Under the pieces are notes generated by a model. That model had not been told where the DNA came from and made no database searches. It saw only the letters and a list, made by a program, of their open reading frames with translations. The translations under genes and the position numbers were made by a program. Positions 1-13,140 of a stretch of 64,000 nucleotides of DNA are shown here, piece after piece. The stretch comes from Octopus sinensis. Its lineage: Eukaryota. Location of the stretch: NCBI RefSeq assembly GCF_006345805.1, contig NC_043012.1, forward strand, positions 30,504,001 to 30,568,000, written 5' to 3'. Within the stretch, counting starts at the first letter, position 1; every line of letters starts with the position of its first letter.

Positions 1-34
1 TGTGCCTTGAGTAGAAATAATAATAATAATAATA

Positions 35-69
<35 letters not shown>

Positions 70-73
70 TAAT

Positions 74-1195
74 ATCGTGGAAAATCACGAGAGACGAAAG
101 AAGCTTCATTCTATCATCAAGGAAAGCAAAAAATTTGCTATTGATCTCGTGCAGGATACCCAAACTGAACAACCCGAGGGAAGTACGGCAACTATTGTTG
201 CAAAGAAGGTGAAAATGATGGCAATGAAAAAAGCGCACGAGCAATTGGCTGATAGGTGGGAGGAGAAACCTCTGCACGGCAAATATGTGACCCGCAGCAA
301 ACAAGCTGATGTTGACCAGAAGCAAACCCATCAGTGGCTGCGGAGCTCAGGGCTAAAAGCAGAGAGCGAAGGTTTCATCCTGGCTGCTCAAGACCAAAGC
401 CTATCAACCCGGAACTACCAGGCCAATGTGATGAAAATGGAGCAGACCCAAAATGCCGATTCTGCAACGACATGATTGAAACAGTGGACCACCTAATCTC
501 TGGATGTAAAGTCTTAGCACCAGTGGAGTATAAATTAAGACATGACAGAGTTGGCCAATATCTCCACTGGCTAATAAGTCGGCATTACAATATTCAAAAC
601 TGCCGACAAGTGGTATAATCACCACCCTGAGGCTGTAACTGAAGGAGAAAATGTAACCATTCTGTGGGACTTTCCAGTACATACAGACCGAACCATCAAG
701 GCCAATAAACCAGATATTGTTGTGAAGACCAAAACAATAAAGTTTGCTTATTGATCGACATGAGCATCCCCTGTGATCATAATATCTCAGCGAAAGAGTT
801 GACAAGCTCAGAAAATATAAAGACCTACTCATTGAAATTGAGAAATGTGGCATCTCAAGGCGGTTACAATACCAGTGATCGTAGGAGCCCTAGGAATGAT
901 CAAGAAGGGAACCGAAAATTATATGAGAATGATCCCTGGTTACCATCCCTGCAAGAAGTGCAAAAATTGTCTTAACTGGTACATCACACGTATTGAGAAG
1001 AGCATTGTCGATGTGAGAAATGTTGCTGCTCATGCATTTTAATTAACTTAAAAAAAAAAAATTAAAAAAATGAACGAACTACTGAGTTGGTTTAATGGCC
1101 TACCAATATACACTATGAGTTTTCTTTGCCCTAGGAGTCGGGAAGACACTCGGCAAGAAATGGAAGAAAATTTGAAAGAAGAAAAAAAAAAAGTA
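74..1195 (+). mobile_element. 5'-truncated, frameshifted non-LTR retrotransposon with restriction-like endonuclease (R4/Dong-like)
   Basis: Across frames: LHGKY...GFILAAQDQ, CCHC knuckle CRFC..ETVDHLISGC, RHD, KPDIV..LIDMSIP and MWHLKAVTIPVIVGALG. Flanked on both sides by (TAA)n, the known Dong target. Confidence 0.85.
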
Positions 1196-1203
1196 ATAAT
1201 AAC

Positions 1204-1252
<49 letters not shown>

Positions 1253-1321
1253 TAATAATAATAAATTATAATAATAATAATAACAACAATAACAACAACA
1301 ACAACAACAAACAACAACAAC

Positions 1322-1870
1322 AAATGCCCTGATGCAGTACAAGGTAGTGGCTGTCGTGGCTTCTGATCCTAACTGATTGGAAGTGCTATATTGTCTTGGT
1401 ATAAAAGATGAGCTACAGCAAATATTCTGCTCAATACCACAGATTTGCTTGTCAGTTGCTTGACCTTAACCAGTTGACCATGTCCCTTAGTGGCTGACGA
1501 TATGTGCATCTCCGATCACGAGCAGAAGTAGTGGGGGAGCATCATAGCTGTGTGTTGAGAGGGATTCTTTGGAGTTTGGATAATTCACCTCTGGAAACAT
1601 GGGTGGTTTGTTCAAAATCCTTAAACAACCCTTATTCAGGGACCGTTTGAGCGGGATGGGTTACTCGACTAGAAGAAAATTTTAACTGGGCCCTACCTGC
1701 AAGGTCATGTGCTGTTTATCTTGATACGAGATCACCATGTCGCGCACATATGGCTGTGAAGCATGTGCCTGGTGTACCCTTATCAGACGGGTAGTCATGA
1801 TGGGTATACTGGGCTTCGTATATTTGTACCCCAGTGTCACTTTGATGGCATGCACTGCTTTCTCACTCAA
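1322..1870. repeat. Non-coding interspersed element embedded in (CAA/TAA)n, possible non-autonomous partner of a TAA-targeting LINE
   Basis: A complex 550-bp island with both ends abutting TAA-type microsatellite, ending ...ctcactcaataataat. No ORF. Confidence 0.4.
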
Positions 1871-1871
1871 T

Positions 1872-1952
1872 AATAATATAATAATAATAATATAATAATA
1901 AAATTATTATATATTATTATTATAATTATTATTGTTATTATTTTTATCTTTA

Positions 1953-1994
<42 letters not shown>

Positions 1995-2058
1995 TCATTT
2001 ATTATTATTATTGTTATTATTATCTTTATTGTTATTATTATTATTATTATTATCTTTA

Positions 2059-2092
<34 letters not shown>

Positions 2093-2150
2093 ATTATTAT
2101 TATTATTATTGTTATTATTATCTTTATTGTTATTATTATTATTATTATGC
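1872..2150. repeat. (TTA)n microsatellite
   Basis: Direct reading. Similar tracts at 19-66, 1196-1275, 36085-36540 and 62550-62630. Confidence 0.95.
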
Positions 2151-2915
2151 AATTCCATCCTATTAGCCTTCTATGGAAATAGTCTGTTTTCTCATTTGTA
2201 ATCCATCAGTATAATATCCTCACACCCATTCTATGTTAAACCTTCACCACCTTGACGCATACACACAAATACACACACACACACACACACACACATGCTT
2301 ACATACAACTTCATCCAACATTCGTTTCACATCTAAAGCATATCCATTAGCTGCTCCCATTAATCATATATTTGATATATATATACATCATTTATATAGC
2401 ATTACGTTTTATGTTTAATGTAACTTTACTTCTCTCAGTTCTGTTGGTCCTTCATTACCCCCCACCCCAATAATCAGTCTAACACATCTCTGGCAGCCTT
2501 TTCCACACTTTGCTCTTTAACTATTTCACTTTCAATTTGTTTCCAATTGGAAAGCCTCCTTTGGCAAAACTTCAGTCGTCTCTCTAACCGGTTGTGCCAC
2601 AATGGCCCGTATAGAGATATGTGTGTGCGTACACACACACACACACGCAAGCGCGCGCGTGCAGTGTTTGTGATGCAAATATCAAACACCTCTTCTCACG
2701 AACCCGAAGCCACTTACGTGCACATGCACGGAAGAAGCACATCTAACAAGAAGTGGTCAAGTTTCGAATCACAGCAGACAACCTCACCCTCTTACTCTTT
2801 CTCTCGTGTGTATATGTATTTGTATTGAATAGTCAGTTCGAAGCATTGTGTGGAATATATTACATTCCGGCCTTAGCCACGAATTTTATATAGTATATAG
2901 ATGTGTGTGTGTGTG

Positions 2916-2960
<45 letters not shown>

Positions 2961-3479
2961 ATTTGTGTGTATGTGTATATATGTGTGTGTATATATGTGT
3001 GTGTATGTATATATATGTGTATATATATGCATGTATGTATACATATATGTATATATACATGCATATGTATATACATAAAGAAATATTAGTTATAGAACAA
3101 AGATTAAATTCGGGTCGACGACTTTACATACAACACCACGCCTCAAACATTTAATCATATATAAAAAAAAATCACCGTGGTCCACAAACACAAAAAATAA
3201 TACGTATACATAAAAATCACAGAATGTAAATATATATATATATATGTTCTAATAAAATATAAATAGAACGGCTTATCAAAAGTTACTAAAAATTACTTAA
3301 ATAACGACAAAAAATTCAAAACGATCAAAAGCCCACTGGACAAATATAAAACAAAGATAAAATAAAATAAGTGTCCAACGACTAAAATGATTTTATCTGA
3401 TGATTAAAATATATTTTTAAAATTATTTAAAAAATTAAAAAAATATATATATTTGAAACAGTCGTTGACTTACCTCATA

Positions 3480-4250
3480 CGAGTACGTCCAAAGTTCATA
3501 AGTAAACAGACTTCCACAGGTTAACTTCACGTACATCTTGAGAAAAAGTCTCTTACTCGCTCCACACAAGTGCGTCCAAAAGTTTATAACGAGCAAACTT
3601 CACAGGTCAAATTCAACATTCACATATATCTATGGCCATTTCGGGAGCTCACCACGATCTAAAGAAGAATAATAAGAATTATTCTCTGGAATGGTCCGTT
3701 ATTTCGAGAGTCACTTACTTCAGAGTAAATATAAATAAGTATAAGTTTTGTGTAAAGGAAACCCTTGTAATCCTTAAGTCCTTTGGGCCAAAAACTTTAA
3801 ATAGATTTACTGAAATGATCCCTTTTTGCAACCATAGGTTTTCGGTCATCTTTTTGAAAGTATATAGGAATAAAAAGAAATGTAATAAAATTGTTTAGCG
3901 TTACGGGGATTTGAAACCGGCGAGGTTAAATTTCTGTTAACTACAGCCACCTGAGTGTTTAGCAATAGTCTCCTTTTTTTTCTATAGAAAATTTGGACTG
4001 GACCGCTGATGAGTTCTTCTTAAATCATATAAGCTTTTCATTAGACGCATAAGCTTTTCATACAAGTTTTGATCTGTCCATGTTTCATGTTTATCTTGAT
4101 GGTGGCGGGGTGGGGGTCATCGCCATGTTCCCTTTAGTGTAAATAAACCGTGGTGATGGGCTCCTGAAATGGCCATAGATATATGAGAATGTTGAATTTG
4201 ACCCGTGAAGTCTGCTCATTATGAACTTTTGGACGTACTTGTGTGTTTCT
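3480..4250 (+). mobile_element. Penelope-like element remnant (GIY-YIG C-terminus) with inverted partial repeat
   Basis: ORF 3632-3898 (KNYSLEWSVISR..KFCVKETLVIL..LNRFTEMIPFCNH) resembles the PLE endonuclease C-terminus. 3563-3656 recurs inverted at 4149-4248. A CTGATGAG remnant sits at 4006-4013. Confidence 0.6.
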
Positions 4251-4497
4251 ATAAGAGACAAATATTATTCTTGTTGTATATATATATATATCAATAATAA
4301 ATCTCTGAACGAGGTATTGACAGTAACTTCACGACAATGTGAAGTATATCTGCCATCTAAATGTGGCTAATGACTAAGGGTGGATGTTACTGTAGCTTGT
4401 AGCCCCAGGAGAACATCTTCTCCAGCTGGTTATTGACACACTTTCTGTGCCCTATCGGTATTTGCAAAGGGAGGTCATCCTCCCCACGTCAACCTAA

Positions 4498-4556
4498 GTG
4501 ATACGCACGGACTGCAGTTTCTAGGTATTGACCCGTCATCAGCGCACGACAATCAC
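4498..4556 (-). ncRNA. Type I hammerhead ribozyme motif (inverted copy)
   Basis: gugauugucgugcg-CUGAUGA-c-GGGU-caau-ACCU-a-GAAAC-ugca-GUC|cgugcguaucac. Helix I CGUGCG/CGUGCG pairs fully (4 WC + 2 GU). Confidence 0.72.
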
Positions 4557-4605
4557 CGGAAAAAGGATATATGTATTTGCATTAGGACCCTTCCATCGAA
4601 AACCG

Positions 4606-4664
4606 GTGATTGTCGTGAGCTGATGACGGGTCAGTACCCAGAAACTGCAGTCCGTGCGTATCAC
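4606..4664 (+). ncRNA. Type I hammerhead ribozyme motif
   Basis: gugauugucgugag-CUGAUGA-c-GGGU-cagu-ACCC-a-GAAAC-ugca-GUC|cgugcguaucac. Palindromic helix III (ACUGCAGU), GUC cleavage after 4652, helix I extended by GUGAU/AUCAC. Non-canonical C.A at 10.1-11.1. Confidence 0.7.
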
Positions 4665-4972
4665 TTAGGTTGACGAGGGAAGGATGACCTCCCTTTTCAA
4701 ATACCGATAGGGCACAGAAAGTGTGTCAATAGCCAGCTGGAGAAGATGTTCTCCTGGGGCTACAAGCTACAGTAACACCCACCCTTAGGCATTAGCCACA
4801 TTTAGATGGCAAATATACTTCACATTGTCGTGCAGTTACTGTCTATACCTCGTTCAGAGATTTATTATAGCTTGTTTACACTTTTTCAAGATCAGTGACA
4901 AAAAGTCACTGGAAAAAGGATATAAGTATTTGCATTGGGACCCTTCCATCGAAAACCGGTGATTGTCGTGCG

Positions 4973-6645
4973 GAAGTGTTTGTGTCGTTTTGTCGGATTT
5001 GCGGTTGTGAGTTGAATTTTGTTGATTATTGTTGTTGAAAACTGTTGCGTCGTGTTGAACGTTATAATTGTTGAATTCTTTGTTGGGTATGCAAGCCCAG
5101 ACTTATGCGAAAGCAGCAGGCAAAAGCCTGTCTGCGAACGTATTACAGTTAAAAGAAATAATTATCGAGAAAGAAAATCTGAGGAAATACTATGACAGCT
5201 TCAAAAAGGAAGGAGACTGTCTGAGGGTTACACCACCTGAAGACGAAGTGAAAAAAGCAGAGAAAAAAACCATAATATACAGAACATGGAATGTGGTCTC
5301 AAAAAGAATAGAAGTGGCAGAAGTAGAAGAGATTGAAAAATGTCTACAAGAAATAAAAGGAAGAACTACCTTCTACAATAGAGGTAGAAAATACGCTACA
5401 GTAGAAATTCGCCTCGAAAATGAAGATGAAGCAAAAAGGAACGCAACGACAGCGTTGAGATCAGAAAAATGGGTATTACTTCGTACTTATTGCGGTAGAA
5501 GAGCGGCGATGATACGAATAAGCAAAATCCCACCGGAACTTGATACCGAAAGAATAGTAACTGCAATAATTTACAACTGCAAGGAGAACGTGGACATACT
5601 CAAGATGGAAAAGTCGAATGAAATAAACTGGTGGGGTTATGCGGTGGAAACCCTAATCCACATAACCATGTCAGATTTGTACAACATCCCAGAGGAGTTG
5701 GTGTTCCCCGATGAGACACGACTGAGAGTCGTGGTGGAGGGGAAACCTCCAGTGTGTTATAAATGTAAGAGAAGAGGGCACATGAAGGATGTGTGTCCTT
5801 AAAGAGAAATACAAGAGAAAAAGATAACACTGGAGGAAGGAATAAAAGCTTTGACAGAGGAGTTAGAAAGAAAGAATGTAGAACTACAAGCAGAAGAAGA
5901 AATCATGACAAACGATATGGAAAGTGACGACGAGTTTGTGAAGGAGAAAGAAGAGGAAAGAACAGAAGAAAAAGAGGATAGAAAGCGAACACTAGTGGAA
6001 TCACCACCCAAAGACCAAAGAAAGAAAAAAACTAAAAAGAAGTATGCCGACGAGACAGAGAATCGAACATACGAAGGGAGAGATACAGCAACTAAAGTGA
6101 GTGAAGGTCCAACGTGGGAGGAAACGGAAAAATGGTCAACAAAAGTGGAAGAATGTCTGAAAACATGCAAGGAAGGAGGAAGACCCAAAAGAAGGAATCT
6201 CAGAGCTGTAATGTTGCACCAAAAGATAAAGAAATTAAGAAAAAATTAGCAATAATGAAAAATCTAACGAGAGTGAAATTGAACCCGAGGATATACGATA
6301 ACCAAATAAAGGCTGCAATTGTGGATAAAGAGACGGTAAATAAATTAATAAATTTGTTTTCAAATACAGCTGTGTCCATAGCGCATTACGTTCGATATGA
6401 CAGTTTGCCCGGCGTTATAGAGCAGGATGAATTACTCGTTTACATTACGGACGAACACTCCAGATAGTATAACTATAATTGTAAATGAAACTGCGAGCTT
6501 TGGTGGGGCTCGTAAGCCATTTCATTTAATTCATTGTTAATATTTCATTTCATATCATCCTTTCTGTATTTTTATTATATGTACCCCCTGCATTGTATTG
6601 TTATGTCCCCTCTTCATTCAGGCCATTGTGCCTATAATAAAGAGA
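4973..6645 (+). mobile_element. Tx1/L1-like LINE derivative carrying only ORF1 (gag-like, CCHC knuckle)
   Basis: ATG at 5089; ORF ends LRVVVEGKPPVCYKCKRRGHMKDVCP (CX2CX4HX4C). One in-frame TAA at 5800, the same frame reopens to 6249, and there is a probable frameshifted tail to 6467. The 3' end tgtgcctataataaagagaaaac resembles that of the Tx1 copy at 28.1 kb. No EN/RT. Confidence 0.75.
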
Positions 6646-6847
6646 AAACTGCAGTCCGTGCGTATCACTTAGGTTGACGAGGGAAGGATGACCTCCCTTT
6701 GTAAATACCTTAGGGCACAGAAAGTGTGCCTAAAGCCAGCTGGAGACGATGTTCTCCTGGGGCTACAAGCTACAGTAAACCCACCCTTAGTGGTTAGCCA
6801 TATTGAGATGGCAAGTATACCTCCTATTGTTTTCTTGTAGTTGTTAC

Positions 6848-6889
<42 letters not shown>

Positions 6890-6930
6890 GTGTATAATGT
6901 ATATGTATGAATGATTGTGTGTATGTATAA

Positions 6931-6972
<42 letters not shown>

Positions 6973-9075
6973 CGTTATTCTGTGATTTAAGTTGTTTTTT
7001 TTTTCTTTTGCCAAGCTTGAAGACGCCGGTCACAAACAAAGTGACAAGGCTGCTTTGTTGAAGCCAAGACAGCTTTTGGGTTTTGTGGAGATGGTAATTG
7101 GTTAGGTCGGGTGTACAGGCGGGTGAATGTGCGTTATTATATCTTTGTATGTACGTACGTATATGTGTAAAGTGCGCATATGCGTGTGTGTTGGTTCATG
7201 TGTGTGCGCGTGTCATTTTAGCCTGCTTCCTTATTGTATGTGTATGTATATGTGTGTGTGCATGTGTATTTGTGTTTCATATATGCATGCGATTGTGTAT
7301 ATATGTTTCCATGTTTCTATATATGTATGTGTGTGTGTATATGCATGTATGTGTTAGTGGCGTTACCCGAGATCTGCAAGACATACAAGGCATACAATAC
7401 ATGTATATTTTATATAAATAAATGCAAATCTTTCGTAATTTTCAGTGACAACTGGAAAGAGGGTACCTACATGTCATACATACCCTGCGCTAATCTTAGA
7501 GTTTTGTTTGGATGCAACAGCTTAATTACTAAGAATCGATAGATGAGTATGTGCGTAAGAACAAAGCAACAGCGGTTGACAAGAGAAACGAACACACACA
7601 CATTCGGCGGGCTTCTACACCATTGATATCTTTCCAAATTTGCTTAGAACGCATTGGTCAGTCCGGGTCAATCTTTTCTACTCTAGGCACAAGGCCCGAA
7701 AGTTTTTGGGAGGGGTGGTGTAGTCGATTAGATCGATCCTAGTAGGCAACTGGTACTTAATTTATCGACCCCGTAAGGATGAAAGGCAAAGTCGACCTCG
7801 GGTCAATAGTAAAAGACAATTCTCAAGGCGTCGGGCAGTGCTACTGGAACGGAAACCACGTGGTTGCCGTGAAGCCAACTGCATTACTATGCGGCCATGA
7901 CTGCGCATCTGTGTGTGTGTTGTTTAGTTATAAAGATTCTTTAAGAATTAGAAATTCACAGGAATTATTTTTATTGGTTGGTCAGCTGGCAGTCTCGTGA
8001 CAGTAGTGGAAAAGAAAAAAAACTGTGTAGCGATATTTGTTCCGTCTCTACATTTTGAGTTCAAATCCTGTCGATGTCAACGTTGTCTTCGGTTTCTCTG
8101 AGATTAAAATAAATTACCAGTCAAGAACTGGGATCGATGATATCGGTTAAATCTCTCTCTCTTCCCAAATTCCTAGTATTGTCTCTGATTCAGAAATCAT
8201 TATTAACATTCTTTACACTCAGCGTCTTGTATGTGTGTGGGTGTATGTATGTATGTATGTATGATGTATGTATCTGTGTGTGCTTGTGTTTGTCTCCGCC
8301 CCCCGCACTGCTTGACGGTCGGTATTGTTTTGTTTACAGCTTTGTTACCTAGCGATGCGGCAAAAATACTCTATATTATAAGTACCAGACATTTAAAAAA
8401 AATGTACTACCTATCGATCTGTTTTGACCAAACTCGTCAATGCGGTGCCCCAGTATGGCCGCAGTCCAAAGACCGAAACAAAACATAAAAGATACTCCCG
8501 CCCCCCAACACATTTTCTTATTCCCTTCACTGGTTTCGTTCATTGGTGAGCCTCTACGTCTTGTGTGTGTATGTAAACATACGCACACATACATGTCTGT
8601 GTATATTTATGCCTGCACTCATTTCCACACTCTGTTTATTGTTGTAAAGTCGGTATCATATGATCCCTTTTGTGAGAGATAATTGGTGTATCGGGTACAG
8701 TGGGGTATCATCAGGTTCATTTAAGCAGCAGCCTTTAAAATCCCAAACCGTGAACAACCAAATATTTTCACCTTTGTGTGACTCCTCCTCGCTTCCGGTC
8801 CATTGTCTGTCTGCGTGTGTTTGTCTGGCCATATTGCCTCAGCACACTTCTCTCCCCCCCTCTCTCTTTCTGGTTCACTCTTTCTTCTCTGTCCTCTCTC
8901 TCTCCATCTATTTATTAACCCGTACATGTATCTATGGATATGTATGTGTGATTGTGTGTGTGTGCATGTGTATATATGTTTGTATATACGTGTAAGAATG
9001 ATTTCCTGACTTCCTGCCTGCGTATCTATCTCTCCATCTATCTATCTCTCCATCCATCCATCCATCCATCCATCC

Positions 9076-9115
<40 letters not shown>

Positions 9116-9118
9116 CCA

Positions 9119-9166
<48 letters not shown>

Positions 9167-10378
9167 TCAGTCTCAGTATCGCTGTGCCTGTCTTTCGGTT
9201 TATCTCACTTCTTATCTACTCCACAATGTCTTCTCGTTTACCTGTTCACCTCTGTGTTATCTTGTATCACTGGTGGTCTTTTCGTTAATCTTTCTCTATA
9301 ACTAGAAAATATTCCATATTCTGCACCCGGATGCCTTTGCAAGCTGCGATGTCTGACCTCAGCGATGTACTCGTGACCAATGCTAACTTCAACAGCTCGT
9401 CTCGGAGCACCGATGGCTGTCTGGTTAAGAACCTCGCTTTGCAACCACATCGTTTCAGACAGATTCATTTCTGGGCGAATATCTTCTATTTTAGCCCCAG
9501 ACCGACCAATGCCTCGTGAGTGAATTTGGTAGACGGAAACTGTGTGGTAGCCCTTTCTATGTATTTGTGTGCGTGCGCGAACCTTTGTTTTTGTCACCCG
9601 TCACTGTTTGACAACCGGTATTCGTTTGTTTACGTCCCATTAACTTAGCAGTTCCGCAAAAGTAGCCGATTGAATAAGTACCAGACCTTTTAAATATTAT
9701 TACCGGGGTCGCTTTGTTCTTCAAGGCAGTGCCCCAGCATGGCCGCTGTCCAATGACTGAAACAAATATAAGATCCATCAGCCTGCTGTATGAACTCTGG
9801 TTCCATCTCGATTCCACCCATCGAACTGGCAGAATCGTTACCGTTGGATGCAATGCCTCGCGGTGGTTGTTCTGAATCTCTGGGTTTGAGTTCAAATACC
9901 ACCGAGGTAATCATTGCCTCCTTTCATTCTTTCGAAGTCGATAAAAAAAAAATGCAAAAAAAAAAAGTGTCAACCCAAAATGGATTGGCAGAAGTACTAC
10001 AGGGGTGGTGCTAGGTGTCTTGCTACAGGTTTTGCTTTCTGACAGCAGCCCCGGCTTCGACACGAGGGTCACATCTATCGGTCCACGTTGGCAGCGGCCT
10101 TTTCTTTGGCTGAAGATCAATTGTGTGGAGAGGGGAAATTTGCAGTAATTTCGAAGTTCAGGCATAGTCTGTTCACAGTAAGTCGCAACATTATCAATTT
10201 GAGTGTGTGTGTCTTTATTTGTTGATTGTCGGAAGAAGCAATACTCGTGATCATAATACAGGTTAATAATATTTATTGTCGCCGAATCAGTGTCCTCCTC
10301 CTCCGGATTTTTACTTTTGGGTGCACAGGGTCATCGGGCAAGTTAGGTCTATCTATCTATCTATTATCTATCTATCTA

Positions 10379-10409
<31 letters not shown>

Positions 10410-10426
10410 CTATCTATCTATCGTCT

Positions 10427-10526
10427 NNNNNNNNNNNNNNNNNNNNNNNNNNNNNNNNNNNNNNNNNNNNNNNNNNNNNNNNNNNNNNNNNNNNNNNNNN
10501 NNNNNNNNNNNNNNNNNNNNNNNNNN
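10427..10526. other. Assembly gap (100 N)
   Basis: Run of N directly after a (TATC)n tract. Confidence 0.99.
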
Positions 10527-11805
10527 ACGGATTATGCACAACTCAAGAACCTATTCTTTTTAAGAATCTCAGAGTATTGCCCGTGGCCAATGTGGATGTC
10601 AACTCAGAGGTCATGAGAAACTGTAATGACTGCTTCGTAAAGTATTCGTTGAAACACAGCGAGTTTCTACTAACCATTTTCTTGTATTGGTTAACACTTA
10701 CCTATTTATCACAATCATTCACACACTGTTTTTGTCTGGGTTAACCAAACATGCGATTTCCTTTACTTCTACAGGCTCTGCCTCGTCTACCGTAATTCTC
10801 TTCTGTAAATTCACTATACGCTATTACAATATATACTCTGAAACACGATTTTAATTAAGAGACTTTACTCTTTCATACGAAAATATTCCAATCACCTTTC
10901 GGCATTATTAGGAGTCTTACAGCAAACAATAAATGGAGAGTGTTCGAATTATTCTCAGATAGGAAACATTTTTAGCAGAGCTGCTCCCTATGACAGCGGC
11001 ACATTAACAAGTTGCTGCTTTAGCGAGAACCTATCATACAATGAACGTTCTCCACACAATAGAAAAAAGTTAGGAAGATAAAGGTCATCAGGATTAATTC
11101 ACCTTGCAACATGGATGTATCTATGAATATAGCCGGAAAGATTCAATATTCAGTGATATCCTTTGATTGTATTCAAAGAGAAAAATATGGGACTCACAAC
11201 AAACACGTCTAAAAATAGATGCTATCAACATCTATATTCATCAGAATGGAGGGATAAGAAACATTCCATGTCTTGGTTCTAATTTATTTGGAAGCTAAGT
11301 CGCTATAGAACTGAAAGTGCCGCTATTGGAAGCGATGTGAAACCAATTCTGCTGGTTTGATTAGTGGGAGTATGTTCAGGAGACATACAAGAAAACCAAC
11401 TTACTATTCATTTCTCGTCACTGGACAAAAAACTTTTGGACAACTACCGTGCATCTTTTCCAGTACCTGTAACTAATCGATACTCTATAAAAATTGCATT
11501 GGCACGTAAAGAAGCGACATCAGCAACAGCAACAACAGCGGCAGTAGCAGTCATATCACCTTTAGCGTTGCAAAAATCAGCTGACCACCCGCGATCAATA
11601 AAATTTATCTGATATTTCTAAAATACGACTTTCCTGACTTTCCTGCTCGACCGATATTGTTGCAAACATCGCGCATGCTAGAAGCTGGAGTAGAGAAAGT
11701 TTGTTTGGGATCAGGTGACTCCTTTAAAGTAAACTGATCCCTAAGAATACGTTTTATGATTTGTATTTCGCTGTTTATAAACATAGACGTATACATACAT
11801 GTGCG

Positions 11806-11856
<51 letters not shown>

Positions 11857-12320
11857 TATATATTATATATATATATATCATACATACATATGTATATATA
11901 TATATACAACCACATATTATGGTATTTATACGTATATGAATGTATGCAAATATCTAAGCATGTATATGCATGTATATATGTATACACACACGTATATGCA
12001 GTGTGATCGTTAGCAAATTTCGTTGTGTTGAATGTGACGAGTTTCCACAAACTGTTGCTGAGGAAGTTGGTTAAGTCTGTTTATATAATTCGATATCTAG
12101 AGACAATATCAACTGACCATACATACACGAGCGTTTGCGCTTGTATATGTGTATATTTATATGTATACACACATATATAGATATATACACATATGTATAT
12201 CTATACCTGCATACGAGTATATATATGTGAGTATATATATGTGAGACGTATACATAAACATATTTATACACACACACATACTCACTTTCTCTCTCTTACA
12301 CGCACGCACGCACGCACACA

Positions 12321-12358
<38 letters not shown>

Positions 12359-12502
12359 AGACGCACATATGTATACATATTTGCGCACAGATGCTACATT
12401 ATGCCACCCTACGTCCAGCATATCAATTTTATTAACTGGTAAATAAGAGTTACAATGGGCGTGGCTTACAATACACAATAATACACACACACCTACATGT
12501 AT

Positions 12503-12535
<33 letters not shown>

Positions 12536-13001
12536 CATACACACACGTACGCACATTTAATCTTATACTTTTAGTGGAATAACTGAGAGCTTGGTTCTTT
12601 CGTATATGGACAAACTAATATATAACCAACAAAAATTAGTTCCAGATACAGTTTCAGAGAAGCTCACTCGCAGGGGCCCATCACAATTGAGAGTTTTGTA
12701 CAAAATTAAAATTTTGAAATGGCTGCCATTATTTTAACATTCCAGTGTTTTTACAAACCTCACGAACCCCCGCATGTTCTCCTGCATTATTCCGAGCGTA
12801 TCAACATTACATGTTAGCAACGTGAAAACCTGTCAATATTAGAACCTTACCGCCGTCAATGGAATTTCGAATCACCCGTTCACATTTTATGTATTCGATT
12901 ACGAAATCGGATGAACAAAATGCTTTGATTGCGTAAGTGATGGGACAAATATTTATTTTTGTTATGTATGTTTGTTATTTATTGCAAGTATAATGTACTT
13001 G

Positions 13002-13123
<122 letters not shown>

Positions 13124-13140
13124 TCATATATATATGTATA

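Larger units (their letters stand above)
4291..4868. repeat. Long inverted repeat (~265-bp arms, ~43-bp spacer) of a hammerhead-bearing unit
   Basis: 4295-4559 is the reverse complement of 4603-4868 with scattered mismatches. The spacer recurs at 4914-4955 and the arm recurs at 6646-6823. Confidence 0.95.

Noticed and set aside
2474-2620. Coding-looking tail LWHNRLERRLKFCQRRLSNWKQIESEIV...
   Set aside because: Short, weak acceptor, no recognisable homology and no partner exons.
2718-2742. 25-nt minus-strand segment with good AG/GT sites
   Set aside because: Not a multiple of 3, no paralogues or host gene; such matches are expected by chance in 64 kb.
4291-6823. CRISPR-like or prokaryotic interpretation of the repeats
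   Set aside because: Eukaryotic context; there is no short repeat-spacer periodicity and no cas genes.
11605-11796. 63-aa minus-strand ORF in unique sequence
   Set aside because: No homology recognised and no linked exons.
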